Assembly: GCA_950097015.1 (NCBI GenBank)
Contig: CATNEN010000002.1
Span: 3,472,001 to 3,536,000, forward strand
From: Macrostomum hystrix
Taxonomy: Eukaryota; Animalia; Platyhelminthes
Reading direction: 5' to 3'
Length of the DNA stretch: 64,000 nt
Below are positions 24,801-35,519 of the stretch, piece by piece. Position 1 is the stretch's first letter. Each line of letters starts with the position of its first letter. A model generated the notes under the pieces. The model was not told where the DNA came from, searched no databases, and worked only from the letters and a program-made list of their open reading frames with translations. The position numbers and the translations under genes are program-made.

Positions 24801-27800
24801 ACTCTAAATAGTGTGAGACTGAGAGAGATTAGATTCTGAATAGTGTGAGACTGAGAGAGATTAGATTCTGAATAGTGTGAGACTGAGAGAGATTAGATTC
24901 TGAATAGTGTGAGACTGAGAGAGATTAGATTCTGAATAGTGTGAGACTGAGAGAGATTAGATTCTGAATAGTGTGAGACTGAGAGAGATTAGATTCTGAA
25001 TAGTGTGAGACTGAGAGAGATTAGATTCTGAATAGTGTGAGACTGAGAGAGATTAGACTCTGAATAGTGTGAGATTGAGAGAGATTAGATTCTGAATAGT
25101 GTGAGACTGAGAGAGATTAGATTCTGAATAGTGTGAGATTGAGAGAGATTAGATTCTGAATAGTGTGAGACTGAGAGAGATTAGATTCAGAATAGTGTGA
25201 GACTGAGAGAGATTAGATTCTGAATAGTGTGAGACTGAGAGAGATTAGATTCTGAATAGTGTGAGATTGAGAGAGATTAGATTCTGAATAGTGTGAGACT
25301 GAGAGAGATTAGATTCTGAATAGTGTGAGACTGAGAGAGATTAGACTCTGAATAGTGTGAGATTGAGAGAGATTAGACTCTGAATAGTGTGAGACTGAGA
25401 GAGATTAGATTCTGAATAGTGTGAGATTGAGAGAGATTAGATTCTGAATAGTGTGAGACTGAGAGAGATTAGATTCTGAATAGTGTGAGACTGAGAGAGA
25501 TTAGACTCTGAATAGTGTGAGATTGAGAGAGATTAGATTCTGAATAGTGTGAGACTGAGAGAGATTAGATTCTGAATAGTGTGAGACTGAGAGAGATTAG
25601 ATTCTGAATAGTGTGAGACTGAGAGAGATTAGATTCTGAATAGTGTGAGACTGAGAGAGATTAGATTCTGAATAGTGTGAGACTGAGAGAGATTAGACTC
25701 TGAATAGTGTGAGACTGAGAGAGATTAGACTCTGAATAGTGTGAGACTGAGAGAGATTAGATTCGACTGCGGATTAGATCCGCAGCGACTAAAATAGTGT
25801 CAGCTTGGGCACTTTCATCCTGGCAATGTTCCTCGCTGCCAGCCTTCAGATTGATTGCTTTGGGCGAGAAAAAATGCAGTCCCATTTCGTTACTGTTTGT
25901 CTGTTAAATAATTACTTTTTACCTACTATGCCTTAAAAGGAAAACTGGTTGTCGGGTTGTTAGTCAGCAGCTTCTGGGTGTAGGCCAGGAGCATACCTGC
26001 ACAGTGGACATTGTGAATTGCCGACTGCAAACTGCAAAGTTAAATACGGGCATTGGTGCGCGTGTCACAGATGTTTGCCGCACGCAAACACGCGGAGTAG
26101 CCTCGCCAAATTCCTCATCTCCAGCATCCCGCGATGTGGGATAATTTCCCCAAAACAAATCTTACGGATTTTAGACAGTGTTTTTATCCCCCCCAAGTTA
26201 GTTTCTCTCTTTGCGAGTTGCCGCGGACAGATGGACTGCGAAAATAAGGCTCCTAGGTTTTTAGAAAACTTTTTTGTCAACCCCACCTTTTCAGCATTAG
26301 CAGCACACGTGAATGGTAATCCAAGAAACTGTGAGGTTTAGGATTTTTACAACTGCTTTACTCTTCCCGTCCGTCTTTCCCTCGCCCCTCCGTCTTTCCC
26401 TCTCCCCTCCGTCTTTCCCTCTTCCCTCCGTCTTTCCCTCTCCCCTCCGTCTTTTCCTCTCCCCTCCGTCTTTTCCTCTCCCCTCCATCTTTCCCTCTCC
26501 CCTCCGTCTTTTCCTCTCCCCTCCGTCTTTCCCTCTCCCCTCCGTCTTTCCCTCTTCCCTCTGTATTTTCCTCTTCCCTCCGTCTTTCCCTCTCCCCTCC
26601 ATCTTTCCCTCTCCCCTCCGTCTTTTCCTCTCCCTCCGTCTTTCCCTCTCCCCTCCATCTTTCCCTCTCCCCTCCGTCTTTTCCTCTCCCCTCCGTCTTT
26701 CCCTCTCCCCTACGTCTTTCCCTCTTCCCCTCCGTCTCTCCTCTCTCTCCTCTCCTGTCGGGTCTTCACTCTCTTAGCTCGTCTATCATCAATCCGAGTC
26801 TGGTCTTCATGCAAGCAAGAGAAGTGGAAATCCCTGATAGCCGAGTTGATTCAGGGAACAGGTGAACTTGAAGGGATGCCACTGTTGGTAGAACCGTGTC
26901 GAGTCTGGCTAAGTCACATCCTAGGCCAACAAGCCCAGGAAAATAAAGGTAGAATGTAGCGGCCATGATTATGAAGCGAATTTTAGGCACCTGGTCAGGC
27001 ATTATGCGGGTCTTCCTTTCACATTTCTTATCTACCTGGACAAGCAGCAGCAGCAGCAGCAGCAGGCAAACTTGACTGCACCCTTAGCCAGTTATAACAT
27101 ACTGCTATACAAATGATGGTTTGCCAATAAAGACTATTGACTGTATCATCATCATGCATTGTCTGTACCCGATTCATATTTCCATCGGTGAAGATAAGCT
27201 TAGGCACAACGGCCAGGTCTGTTCAGAATCTCTTCCAGTACATGACCTCCACTCGATGGTCAGTGCCTCATTGGAAACTATTTCACCCGTTGCCGAGTAG
27301 CTGCTGAAATATTAATCACATCGCAGATTATGCAATAGTCGAAAGTAGATAACGCTGCTTGCTGTGTCACCTCGCATCTTTTAATCATCTCTCTGGGGTT
27401 GCTGCGAGTTGCGAAAGCTGCTGCGAGTTTGTTATAAATATTTCAAACATTAGTCACCGAGTGACCTGGATTGAAAGGCCGTCTGTGACTTTCCATTGAC
27501 CCATTGCTGCAGCCCAGATAGAACATATAGTGGGTCGAATTCCAGACCTTGTTTATAAGGAATGACAGCCAGTTCATAACTAATGATCCCTTTCAAACTG
27601 GAATCTCTAAATCCAAAAAATCCCGTTTTCTAATAACGGACCTTTCGAAGCTTCCAAGTCCACAAAGCTCCCTAAATTTATTTTAGCGCAATTTCCAAAA
27701 AGTTTAGATCCTGAAACCACAAAGGTTTTAATCCAAAATCCCAAAAAAGTAGAAAAATCCCCGAATGTCTTAACCCAGAATCCCTAACTTTTTATCTTAA

Positions 27801-29963
27801 GCCTTTAAAAGTTTTTTATCTCGACTCCTATGCTGTAGATTTTGTTATGATCTTCCCATAGAGATCTGATCCCATGGGAAATTAATATTTGCAGGAGGGC
27901 TATGGCCACTGGTAAATCCTTTAGTGACAATTCTGCCCACTTCGCTGACTCCTGAGCACACACTCACAGGTGTGTACATCTGCCCTGACTTTCTCATCGT
28001 CAGGCAGTGTACACTCTCACTGTGCCTTGGAGGTTGGTCCTCAAGGACGTAAATTGCATGACAAGCCCCCAAGCCTTCTCTCCGCTGCTGCGCCACAAAT
28101 GAATGTGGTCTCACCGCGGAATCGAGCCCAGGACCTTCGTGCGCTAACTAAACTGTCCATCACCCCCGTTATATGTTACAAAATGAGCTGTGAATCTGTG
28201 AAACAAGCAACTCAACTCATAACTGACGCCTCATCTCTCCGAATCACTTTCTGCACCTCTGTCTGTCTTTTCACTTCTACTTTCACTTTATATCGACCTG
28301 TCCTGCAGAGAGTAGCCAGCAAAGTGATAAGCTTAGAAGATTCCTGAGCAGTGAGGACACTGCCCGCGCCCTCAAATCTCAGCCGAGCTGCTAGAGCGGC
28401 ATCGATCACTTTTTCCCCTGCGCATCGATTCCCGGCTCCCTATCTGGCGGCAATGCTCCGGGGGTCCCTCTGCCAATCTATCAATCCATCTATCCCCGTA
28501 TATATTATGGATGGATGGGCAGAGAGCCACTGGCTCGCGCAGTTTGTAGGGCCTACTGCTAGTGACTGCTAATTTCTTCTGCTGAGATGCGCGCTGGCAA
28601 GCGATTTCTGGCAATTTTAGCTAGATCACAAACTCAATCTACCTGTGCCTCTCAGATAATGTACTTTCATGAAGGGTGAAGATAGGTTTCGGTTATAGAA
28701 ACCTAAATCCTTCATATTTGAGTAAAATAAACTTTTCTCCCCTAACCCCACTTTAAAATCCCTAGTTGTCAAGGTTTGTAGTAAATCCCCAAATCCTCAA
28801 ATTTGTAAATCCCCAAACTCTCAGACTAGTAAATCCCCAGCCCCTTAAACTAGTTGATCCCCAGACTCTCAGAATAGTTGATCCCCAGCCACTTAAAGGC
28901 TTAAACTACTAAATCCCTAGCCCCTTAAACTAGTAAATCCCCAGCCACTTTAACTAGTAAATCCCCAGCCCCTTAAACAAGTTATTCCCCAGCCTCTCAA
29001 GCTAGTAAATCCCCAGCCTCTCAGATTAGTAAATCCCCAGCCCCTTAAACTAGTAAATCCCCAGCCCCTTAAACTATTAAATCCCCAGCCCCTTAAACTA
29101 GTAAATCCCCAGCCTCTCAGACTAGTAAATCCCCAGCCCCTTAAACTAGTAATTCCCCAGCGTCTCAGACTAGTAAATCCCCAGCCCCTTAAACTATTAA
29201 ATCCCCAGCCCCTTAAACTAGTAAATCCCCAGCCTCTCAGACTAGTAAATCCCCAGCCCCTTAAACTAGTAAATCCCCAGCCTCTCAGACTATTAAATCC
29301 CCAGCCCCTTAAACTAGTAAATCCCCGGCCTCTCAAGCTAGTAAATCCCCTTTTGAAATCGCAGGTCACTGCCACCTTGGCTGGGCCTATGTTCTCACCT
29401 GCGCCGGCGGTTTCCTCTGCGCTGTTACGGTCGCCTTTCCTGTTCAGATCGCCAAACACTTCCCAGAGGAATCACCGATAGCGCTGGCCGCTGCCGAAGC
29501 AGCCGCGGCTAGACAGCAGCAGTATCAGCAGCAACAGCAGCAGCAACAGCAGGAGCAGCAGCAGCGGCAGCGGCTCTATCAGTACTCGCAGCAGTCGCTG
29601 CTGCATCACGCGGCTAGTCCTGGCCACGGCAGCCTCAACGGAACCGGACGGTACAGCTACGTGGCCTATCACAGCCTGCTGTCTCCCAGCCATCACCAGT
29701 ATCAGCAGCAGCAGCAGCAGCAGCAGCTCAGCAGGCCTCCCAGTGTCTGTACCTGTGCCACCGCTGCTGACAATCATCCCGTGTCGGCAGCCGCAGCCGT
29801 TGCCTCGACTGCCGCCGCCGCCGCCTCCGAAACGACGCCGCCGCCACTCGACGAGGTCGACGATTGCGGCGTCGGGCACTGCGGATACTCCGCCCTGCTG
29901 AATGTCGAAGCCGACGACGCCAGCGCCCCGTCGGCTAAGGCTGCCGTCCAGAGTGCAATCTAG
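12860..29963 (+). CDS. LHFPL6: LHFPL/LHFP-family tetraspan membrane protein (most like LHFPL6), 4 exons: 12860-13297, 13852-14056, 22397-22498, 29365-29963; 447 aa
   Basis: All introns are GT-AG with consistent phases (0,1,1). The spliced protein contains family motifs GFLLPYWLKG, GLFRLCAYP, DCAHYRHFAEIPSSLWK, CLLYPAGW..QVCG..AFNLGHCHLGWAY, then a Q/A-rich tail. The symbol denotes the closest subfamily from memory, not proven orthology. Confidence 0.88.
13480..13790. repeat. Degenerate ~30-bp tandem repeat (GGAAATCCCACTTCC core) filling LHFPL intron 1
   Basis: Recurrent GGAAATCC/ACTTCC motifs at about 30-bp spacing. Confidence 0.75.
14190..15650. repeat. 23-bp minisatellite TAGGATTGGGATTCTAG(G/A)ATTAG with 259-bp higher-order repeat
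   Basis: Variant marker TACTCG recurs at 14425, 14684, 14943, 15063 and 15322. Confidence 0.95.
16270..16990. repeat. ~33-bp minisatellite AAAACACCTGTGCAA(A)TGAAGAACAAGCAGGATT
   Basis: Directly visible tandem units. Confidence 0.92.
17570..17910. repeat. 9-bp purine-rich repeat (CAGGTAAGG/CAGGTAGAA)
   Basis: Directly visible; gives the LPVLPA ORF on the minus strand. Confidence 0.88.
19165..19700. repeat. 31-bp minisatellite GAGTGAGATTCTGAGAGATTGGAGTTTGATG
   Basis: Directly visible tandem units. Confidence 0.92.
21180..21540. repeat. 22-bp minisatellite GGGATTTAGGATTCTAGGTTTT
   Basis: Directly visible tandem units. Confidence 0.9.
21815..22121 (+). mobile_element. tRNA-derived SINE family A with CORE-like central domain (full-length copy 1)
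   Basis: A box TAGCCTAGTGG and B box GGTTCGATTCC, CORE-like segment at 21899-21956, ATT-rich tail. Near-identical to the copy at 23821. Confidence 0.85.
22660..23140. repeat. 21-bp minisatellite ATATTAGAATCCTGATATCCT
   Basis: Directly visible; gives the RILISYI ORF. Confidence 0.95.
23821..24127 (+). mobile_element. SINE family A, full-length copy 2
   Basis: Colinear with 21815-22121 over about 300 bp with scattered substitutions; same A/B boxes and ATT tail. Confidence 0.85.
24770..25764. repeat. Highly homogeneous 32-bp minisatellite GAGAGAGATTAGATTCTGAATAGTGTGAGACT
   Basis: About 30 near-identical units. Confidence 0.97.
26360..26760. repeat. ~20-bp pyrimidine-rich repeat CCCTCTCCCCTCCGTCTTT(T/C)
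   Basis: Directly visible. Confidence 0.92.
27889..28155 (-). mobile_element. SINE family B (tRNA-like head, internal hairpin)
   Basis: Homologous to 7790-8035 (-), 39525-39680 (+) and 49955-50150 (-). Shared blocks include GCTGACTCCTGAGCACAC and TGACGATGAGAAAGTCAGGGCAG; degenerate B box GGCTCGATTCC. Confidence 0.75.
28790..29350. repeat. 24-bp minisatellite CTAGTAAATCCCCAGCCCCTTAAA
   Basis: Directly visible; ends 14 nt before LHFPL exon 4. Confidence 0.93.
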
Positions 29964-30119
29964 CTTGTATTTGCACTTTATTATCCCCTCAACTAATGCA
30001 CTTTTGTGTGTTCTTTTAGTGCGAGTAATTCGTCTCCTTCTGTGCTTATTTCGAGTTTATGTTCTATTTGTTTGAGCTGTATCAGACTGAGCCTCACTTC
30101 CTGCATGCACTCTATGCGT

Positions 30120-30400
30120 CTGTGACTCTGTCACTCCCTCACTCTCTGTCACTCCCTCACTCTCTCTGTCACTCCCTCACTCTCTCTGTCACTCCCTCAC
30201 TCTCTGTCACTCCCTGACCCTCACTCTCTCTGTCACTCCCTCACTCACTCTGTCACTCCCTCACTCACTCTGTCACTCCCTCACTCTCTCTGTCACTCCC
30301 TCACTCACTCTGTCACTCCCTCAATCTCTCTGTCACTCCCTCTATCTCTCTGTAACTCCCTCACTCTCTCTGTCACTCCTTCACTATCTTTCACTCTTTG
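30120..30400. repeat. 18-20-bp CT-rich repeat CTCTGTCACTCCCTCACT
   Basis: Directly visible, degenerating to about 30700. Confidence 0.88.
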
Positions 30401-31688
30401 CGTCACACCATCAGTCACTCTCCGCCATCCCAGTCTGTCACTCCGTGACTTTTTTAGTCACTCTTTGTCCCATTGTCACTCCTTCTCTCTCTCTGTCACT
30501 CTGTCACTCCATTTCCTATGTGACTCATCTGTCACTCTATCACTCTCTGTCTACCTCAATCTGTCACTCCCTCATTCTCTACGCCATCTCAGTCTGCCAC
30601 TCTCTCTGTCACTCCGTGACTTTTTCACTCTCTGTCTCATTGTCACTCTCGGACTCTCTCTTTCACTGTTACTAATCTGTCACACCATCTGTCACTCTAC
30701 ACAACGCCCCAGCGAGCATATTGCAATATCAAGCTCGAGTCACCCAGTCAATCATTTGAAGCAGTTTGTCATTGAGTATTGAACTGAAAGAAACCATTGC
30801 ATTGCAATTCTATTTTATGTACATTTTATTGACTTTATGGAAATCAATACTTTCTCGGCTATAAATCAAATGCAAAAAAGTAACATAAAAGTAACTATTA
30901 AGAAACATTTTGTAATTAGCCATCATGTATTGCCTGTATGAGTGTTTTTGACTTGCCTGTGTAAGTTGAATATGAAAAATTGTAAAAGGAGGATTTCTCG
31001 TGTTACGCTTCATTCATGTAGACCAACTACCTCTGCAGTGATTTAAATATATTTGTATATCTATACATTTATAAAATTGTATATCTATACTTTGCAATAA
31101 AGAAATTGTCAAATTATATCAAATATATCGTTGATTAGATGTCCGCCTAGACAAAACAACCGATTAACGGATTTTGTAAAATCGATGTTGACAACGCCCT
31201 AGCAACCATTTTACCTGTGCCCATGATGAGTTGGTGGGAGACATGTAGTCTGCACATATCATGTTACTTCATAGCAGCCAAGATTTCGCTTGGACCAATA
31301 TCACAGATCCAAGTCAAATCTGCGTCACTATGTGCTCAAAGACAGGTATGACGTAATCGCTTAATAAGTTGTCTTGCAGTGAGCCAAAGTCAGCTCTCAG
31401 ACAGATGAAATGGTCGGGGTGGGTTTACAGTTTTTTTGTCAAATGGGCTCTGTAAAATGGCCTAATTTCCTCAAGCTTATTGGTTTTCTAAAAGCAAAAT
31501 TCGATGCAAATATTTCTTCATAGCTTCGAGAACAGAAAAAATTAAAATTGCACCAGGTGTACAAACCCTTGAACTAATTATAGTCATCTACGAAATCTAC
31601 GAGCAATATTGATTTAGCGATAGGATTTAGGATATGGGATTTTGAGATGGTTTAGAATAATATTTTTTTAGATTTTGCTTTGAGAAAT

Positions 31689-32945
31689 GGGATATTTGCA
31701 CAGATATAAAAATGCAATACTTGTACAGATTCTAGAAGTGGGATATTTGCACAGATATAAAAATGCAATACTTGTGCAGATTCTAGAAGTGGGATATTTG
31801 CACAGATATAAAAATGCAATACTTGTACAGATTCTAGAAGTGGGATATTTGCACAATTTCTAGAAAAAATACATATTTTGTGTACAGATTCTAGGAATGG
31901 GAAATTCGTACAGATTCTAGGAATGGGATATTTGTACAGATTCTAGGAAAGGGATATTTGTACACATTCTATAGGAATTGTATATTTGTACAGATTCTAG
32001 GAATGGGAATTCTGTTCAGATTCTAGGAATGGGATATTTGTACAGATTCTAGGAAATGGATATTTGTACCGATTTTAGGAATGGGATATTTGTACCGATT
32101 CTAGGAAAGGGATATTTGTACATATTCTAGGAATGGAATATTTGTACCGATTCTAGGAAAGGGATATTTGTACATATTCTAGGAATGGGATATTTGTACA
32201 GATTCTAGGAAACGGATATTTGTACAGATTCTAGGACTGGGATTTCTGTTCAGATTCTAGGAATGGGATATTTGTACAGATTCCAGGAATGGGAAATTCG
32301 TACAGATTCTAGGAATGGGATATTTGTACAGATTCTAGGAAAGGGATATTTGTACACATTCTATAGGAATTGTATATTTGTACAGATTCTAGGAATGGGA
32401 ATTCTGTTCAGATTCTAGGAATGGGATATTTGTACAGATTCTAGGAAATGGATATTTGTACCGATTTTAGGAATGGGATATTTGTACCGATTCTAGGAAA
32501 GGGATATTTGTACATATTCTAGGAATGGAATATTTGTACCGATTCTAGGAAAGGGATATTTGTACATATTCTAGGAATGGGATATTTGTACAGATTCTAG
32601 GAAACGGATATTTGTACAGATTCTAGGACTGGGATTTCTGTTCAGATTCTAGGAATGGGATATTTGTACAGATTCTAGGAATGGGATATTTGTACAGATT
32701 CAAGGAAAGGGATATTTGTACAGATTCTAGGAATGGGATATTTGTACAGATTCAAGGAATGCGATATTTGTACAGATTCAAGGAATGGGATATTTGTACA
32801 GATTCTAGGAATGGGATATTTGTACAGATTCAAGGAAAGGGATATTTGTACAGATTCTAGGAATGGGATATTTGTACAGATTCAAGGAATGCGATATTTG
32901 TACAGATTTTAGGAATGGGATATTTGTACAGATTTTAGGAACATG
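31689..32945. repeat. 51-bp units followed by 26-bp minisatellite GGGATATTTGTACAGATTCTAGGAAT with a ~392-bp duplication
   Basis: Variant GAAATTCGTAC occurs at 31901 and 32293, with colinear variant order after each. Confidence 0.93.
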
Positions 32946-33829
32946 ATTTCTGTCTTGTATTCTAAGAATCAGATTTCTGAAGGGATTTGAGGTTTTATAG
33001 TTTCAATTTTCAAAACTCCAGTTTAAACAGTTTTTAAAGCATATACAAAATACACTAACTTAGGCAATTGATCATAAATGCCAACTTTCAGATTCTAAGC
33101 AGAAGCAGTTTCATGCCACTCTTAAATCAAAGAATCTAATACAGGAACCCACCTGAGTCTTAATTAATAATTCATTAATTCGCGCAGAAAATCTCTGCAA
33201 GACCTCACACAGTGTTTTGTGTGTGTGTGTGTGTTGCACTACCTCAAAGGTACCGCAGTTAAACAAGCTTGTAAAATTAACAAATTTCTTACTACAGTCT
33301 GAATTTGCATAGCGTCCTTTTTTAACTCAGAATTTCCCTTCTGAATAAAGCAAGTTAATACTGAATGAGGTTATGGCATGCCATGTCTCAAAGGTGAGGC
33401 TTTATACCTTTACAATCAACGCCACCTGGGTTATTCTATACTATTTGGTTCTTAAGTTGCCTCAGCTAGCAACTTCAGTGCTTGGGTGAACCAATCGGGT
33501 GTCACCTTAGAGCTACGAAATAATCAGATAGTAAATCCTGGGATTTCACCCACTTGGGGTAATGGTGGTGGGGGTGCTGCATTGCTCAATGCATATTTTA
33601 TAGCGATGGTGTAGACTCAGCAATGCGATCCCTGCCATGCAATATCTGACAATGTGGGAGGTGTGCAGCGAGAGGATTAAATAGCTAGTACAGGGAATGA
33701 GCTCATTGTACTGATGATCCGCGAGGATTAGTAGATAAAGTTGGGCGTTTCACTGTGGTAATCAGCACGAGGCAGACACACCTGTGTTAGCAGATCTGTA
33801 TTTATGCTTCCAAATTAATCCCAGATCTC

Positions 33830-35080
33830 ATCAAAATCCCAGATCAAAACAGAATCCCAGATCAAAACAGGATCCCAGATCCCAATAGGATCCCAGATCA
33901 CAGCAGGATCCCAGATCACAGCAGGATCCAGGGTCACAACAGGATCACAGATCCCAGATCAAAACAGGATCCCAGATCCCAGATCACAGCAGGATCCCAG
34001 ATCACAGCAGGATCCCAGATCACAGCAGGATCCAGGGTCACAACAGGATTACAGATCCCAGATCAAAACAGGATCCCAGATACCAGATCACAACATGATC
34101 CCAGATCCCAGATCAAAACAGAATCCCAGATCAAAACAGGATCCCAGATCCAATAGGATCCCAGATCACAGCAGGATCCCAGATCACAGCACGATCGAGG
34201 GTCACAACAGGATCACAGATCCCAGATCGAAACAGGATCCCAGATCTCAGATCACAGCAGGATCCCAGATCACAGCAGGATCCCAGATCACAGCAGGATC
34301 CAGGGTCACAACAGGATTACAGATCCCAGATCAAAACAGGATCCCAGATCCCAATAGGATGCCAGATCACAGCAGGATCCCAGATCACAGCAGGATCCAG
34401 GGTCACAACAGGATCACAGATCCCAGATCAAAACAGGATCCCAGATCCCAATAGGATCCCAGATCACAGCAGGATCCCAGATCACAGCAGGATCCAGGGT
34501 CACAACAGGATCACAGATCCCAGATCAAAACAGGATCCCAGATCCCAGATCACAGCAGGATCCCAGATCACAGCAGGATCCCAGATCACAGCAGGATCCA
34601 GGGTCACAACAGGATTACAGATCCCAGATCAAAACAGGATCCCAGATACCAGATCACAACATGATCCCAGATCCCAGATCACAACAGGATCCCAGATCCC
34701 AGATAAGAACAGGATCCCAGATTACAAGAGGATCCCAGATCCCAGATAAGAACAGGATCCCAGATCACAGATCACAACAGGATCTCAGATCACAGATCCC
34801 AGATCCCCGATTACAACAGGATCCCAGATCCCAGATCCCAGATCCCAGATCCCAGATCCCAGATCCCAGATCCCAGATAACAACAGGATCCCAGATCCCA
34901 GATAACAACAGGATCCCAGATCTCAGATCACAACAGTATCTCAGATCCCAGATCACAACAGGATCCCAGATCACAACAGGATCCCAGATCACAACAGGAT
35001 CCCAGATCACAACAGGATCCCAGATCACAACAGGATCCCAGATCACAACAGGATCCCAGATCCCAGATCACAACAGGATA
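33830..35080. repeat. Complex GATCCCA/GATCACAACAG-based tandem array
   Basis: 7-bp and 18-bp modules; block duplication at about 566-bp spacing (34081 vs 34647). Confidence 0.93.
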
Positions 35081-35519
35081 TTACCGCAAACAAAAGTTAC
35101 CGCAGAACAAGTTCCTGCGTGTTTTAGTATTAACTGGGGAAGCTTTATTGATACACGCAGGGAATTTTTCTTGATTCGATTTTCCATCCCAGTAAATCTC
35201 GATATGCTCGGCATACCAAACTCTGTCCCCCGCCAATGTCCCGTGTCTGTTCTATATGTTACTATATTCCCTCTGTCCTCAGAATCCCAAACTATATTTT
35301 TAGTGGCATTGGATAAAAAAGTGCATATTGGGCACTTGTGAGTTAGCCATCAATCCCACTTCTCCCCTTACTCTCTTTTCTCTCTCCTCAATGGCTCTTC
35401 ATCGCCGCACTCAAAATTGTTCTCATAGATGCGATTGTGCTCAAGGACAAGTGACACAGCCAGTGAGCACGAATACTTGGGGTGGAGGGGTTGCTCGAGA
35501 CTTCGAGGGTAATTATCAT

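Noticed and set aside
24770-25764. CRISPR-like regular array (also 35520-36745, 54830-55340, 59240-60690)
   Set aside because: Units are contiguous with no unique spacers, there are no cas genes, and the context is eukaryotic intronic.
27975-28015. Hammerhead ribozyme or SECIS in SINE B
   Set aside because: CUGACGA and GAAA are only 3 nt apart, CUGAC is paired with GUCAG, and no stem I/III with a UH cleavage triplet was found. There is no GA quartet geometry for SECIS. Kept only as a conserved hairpin.
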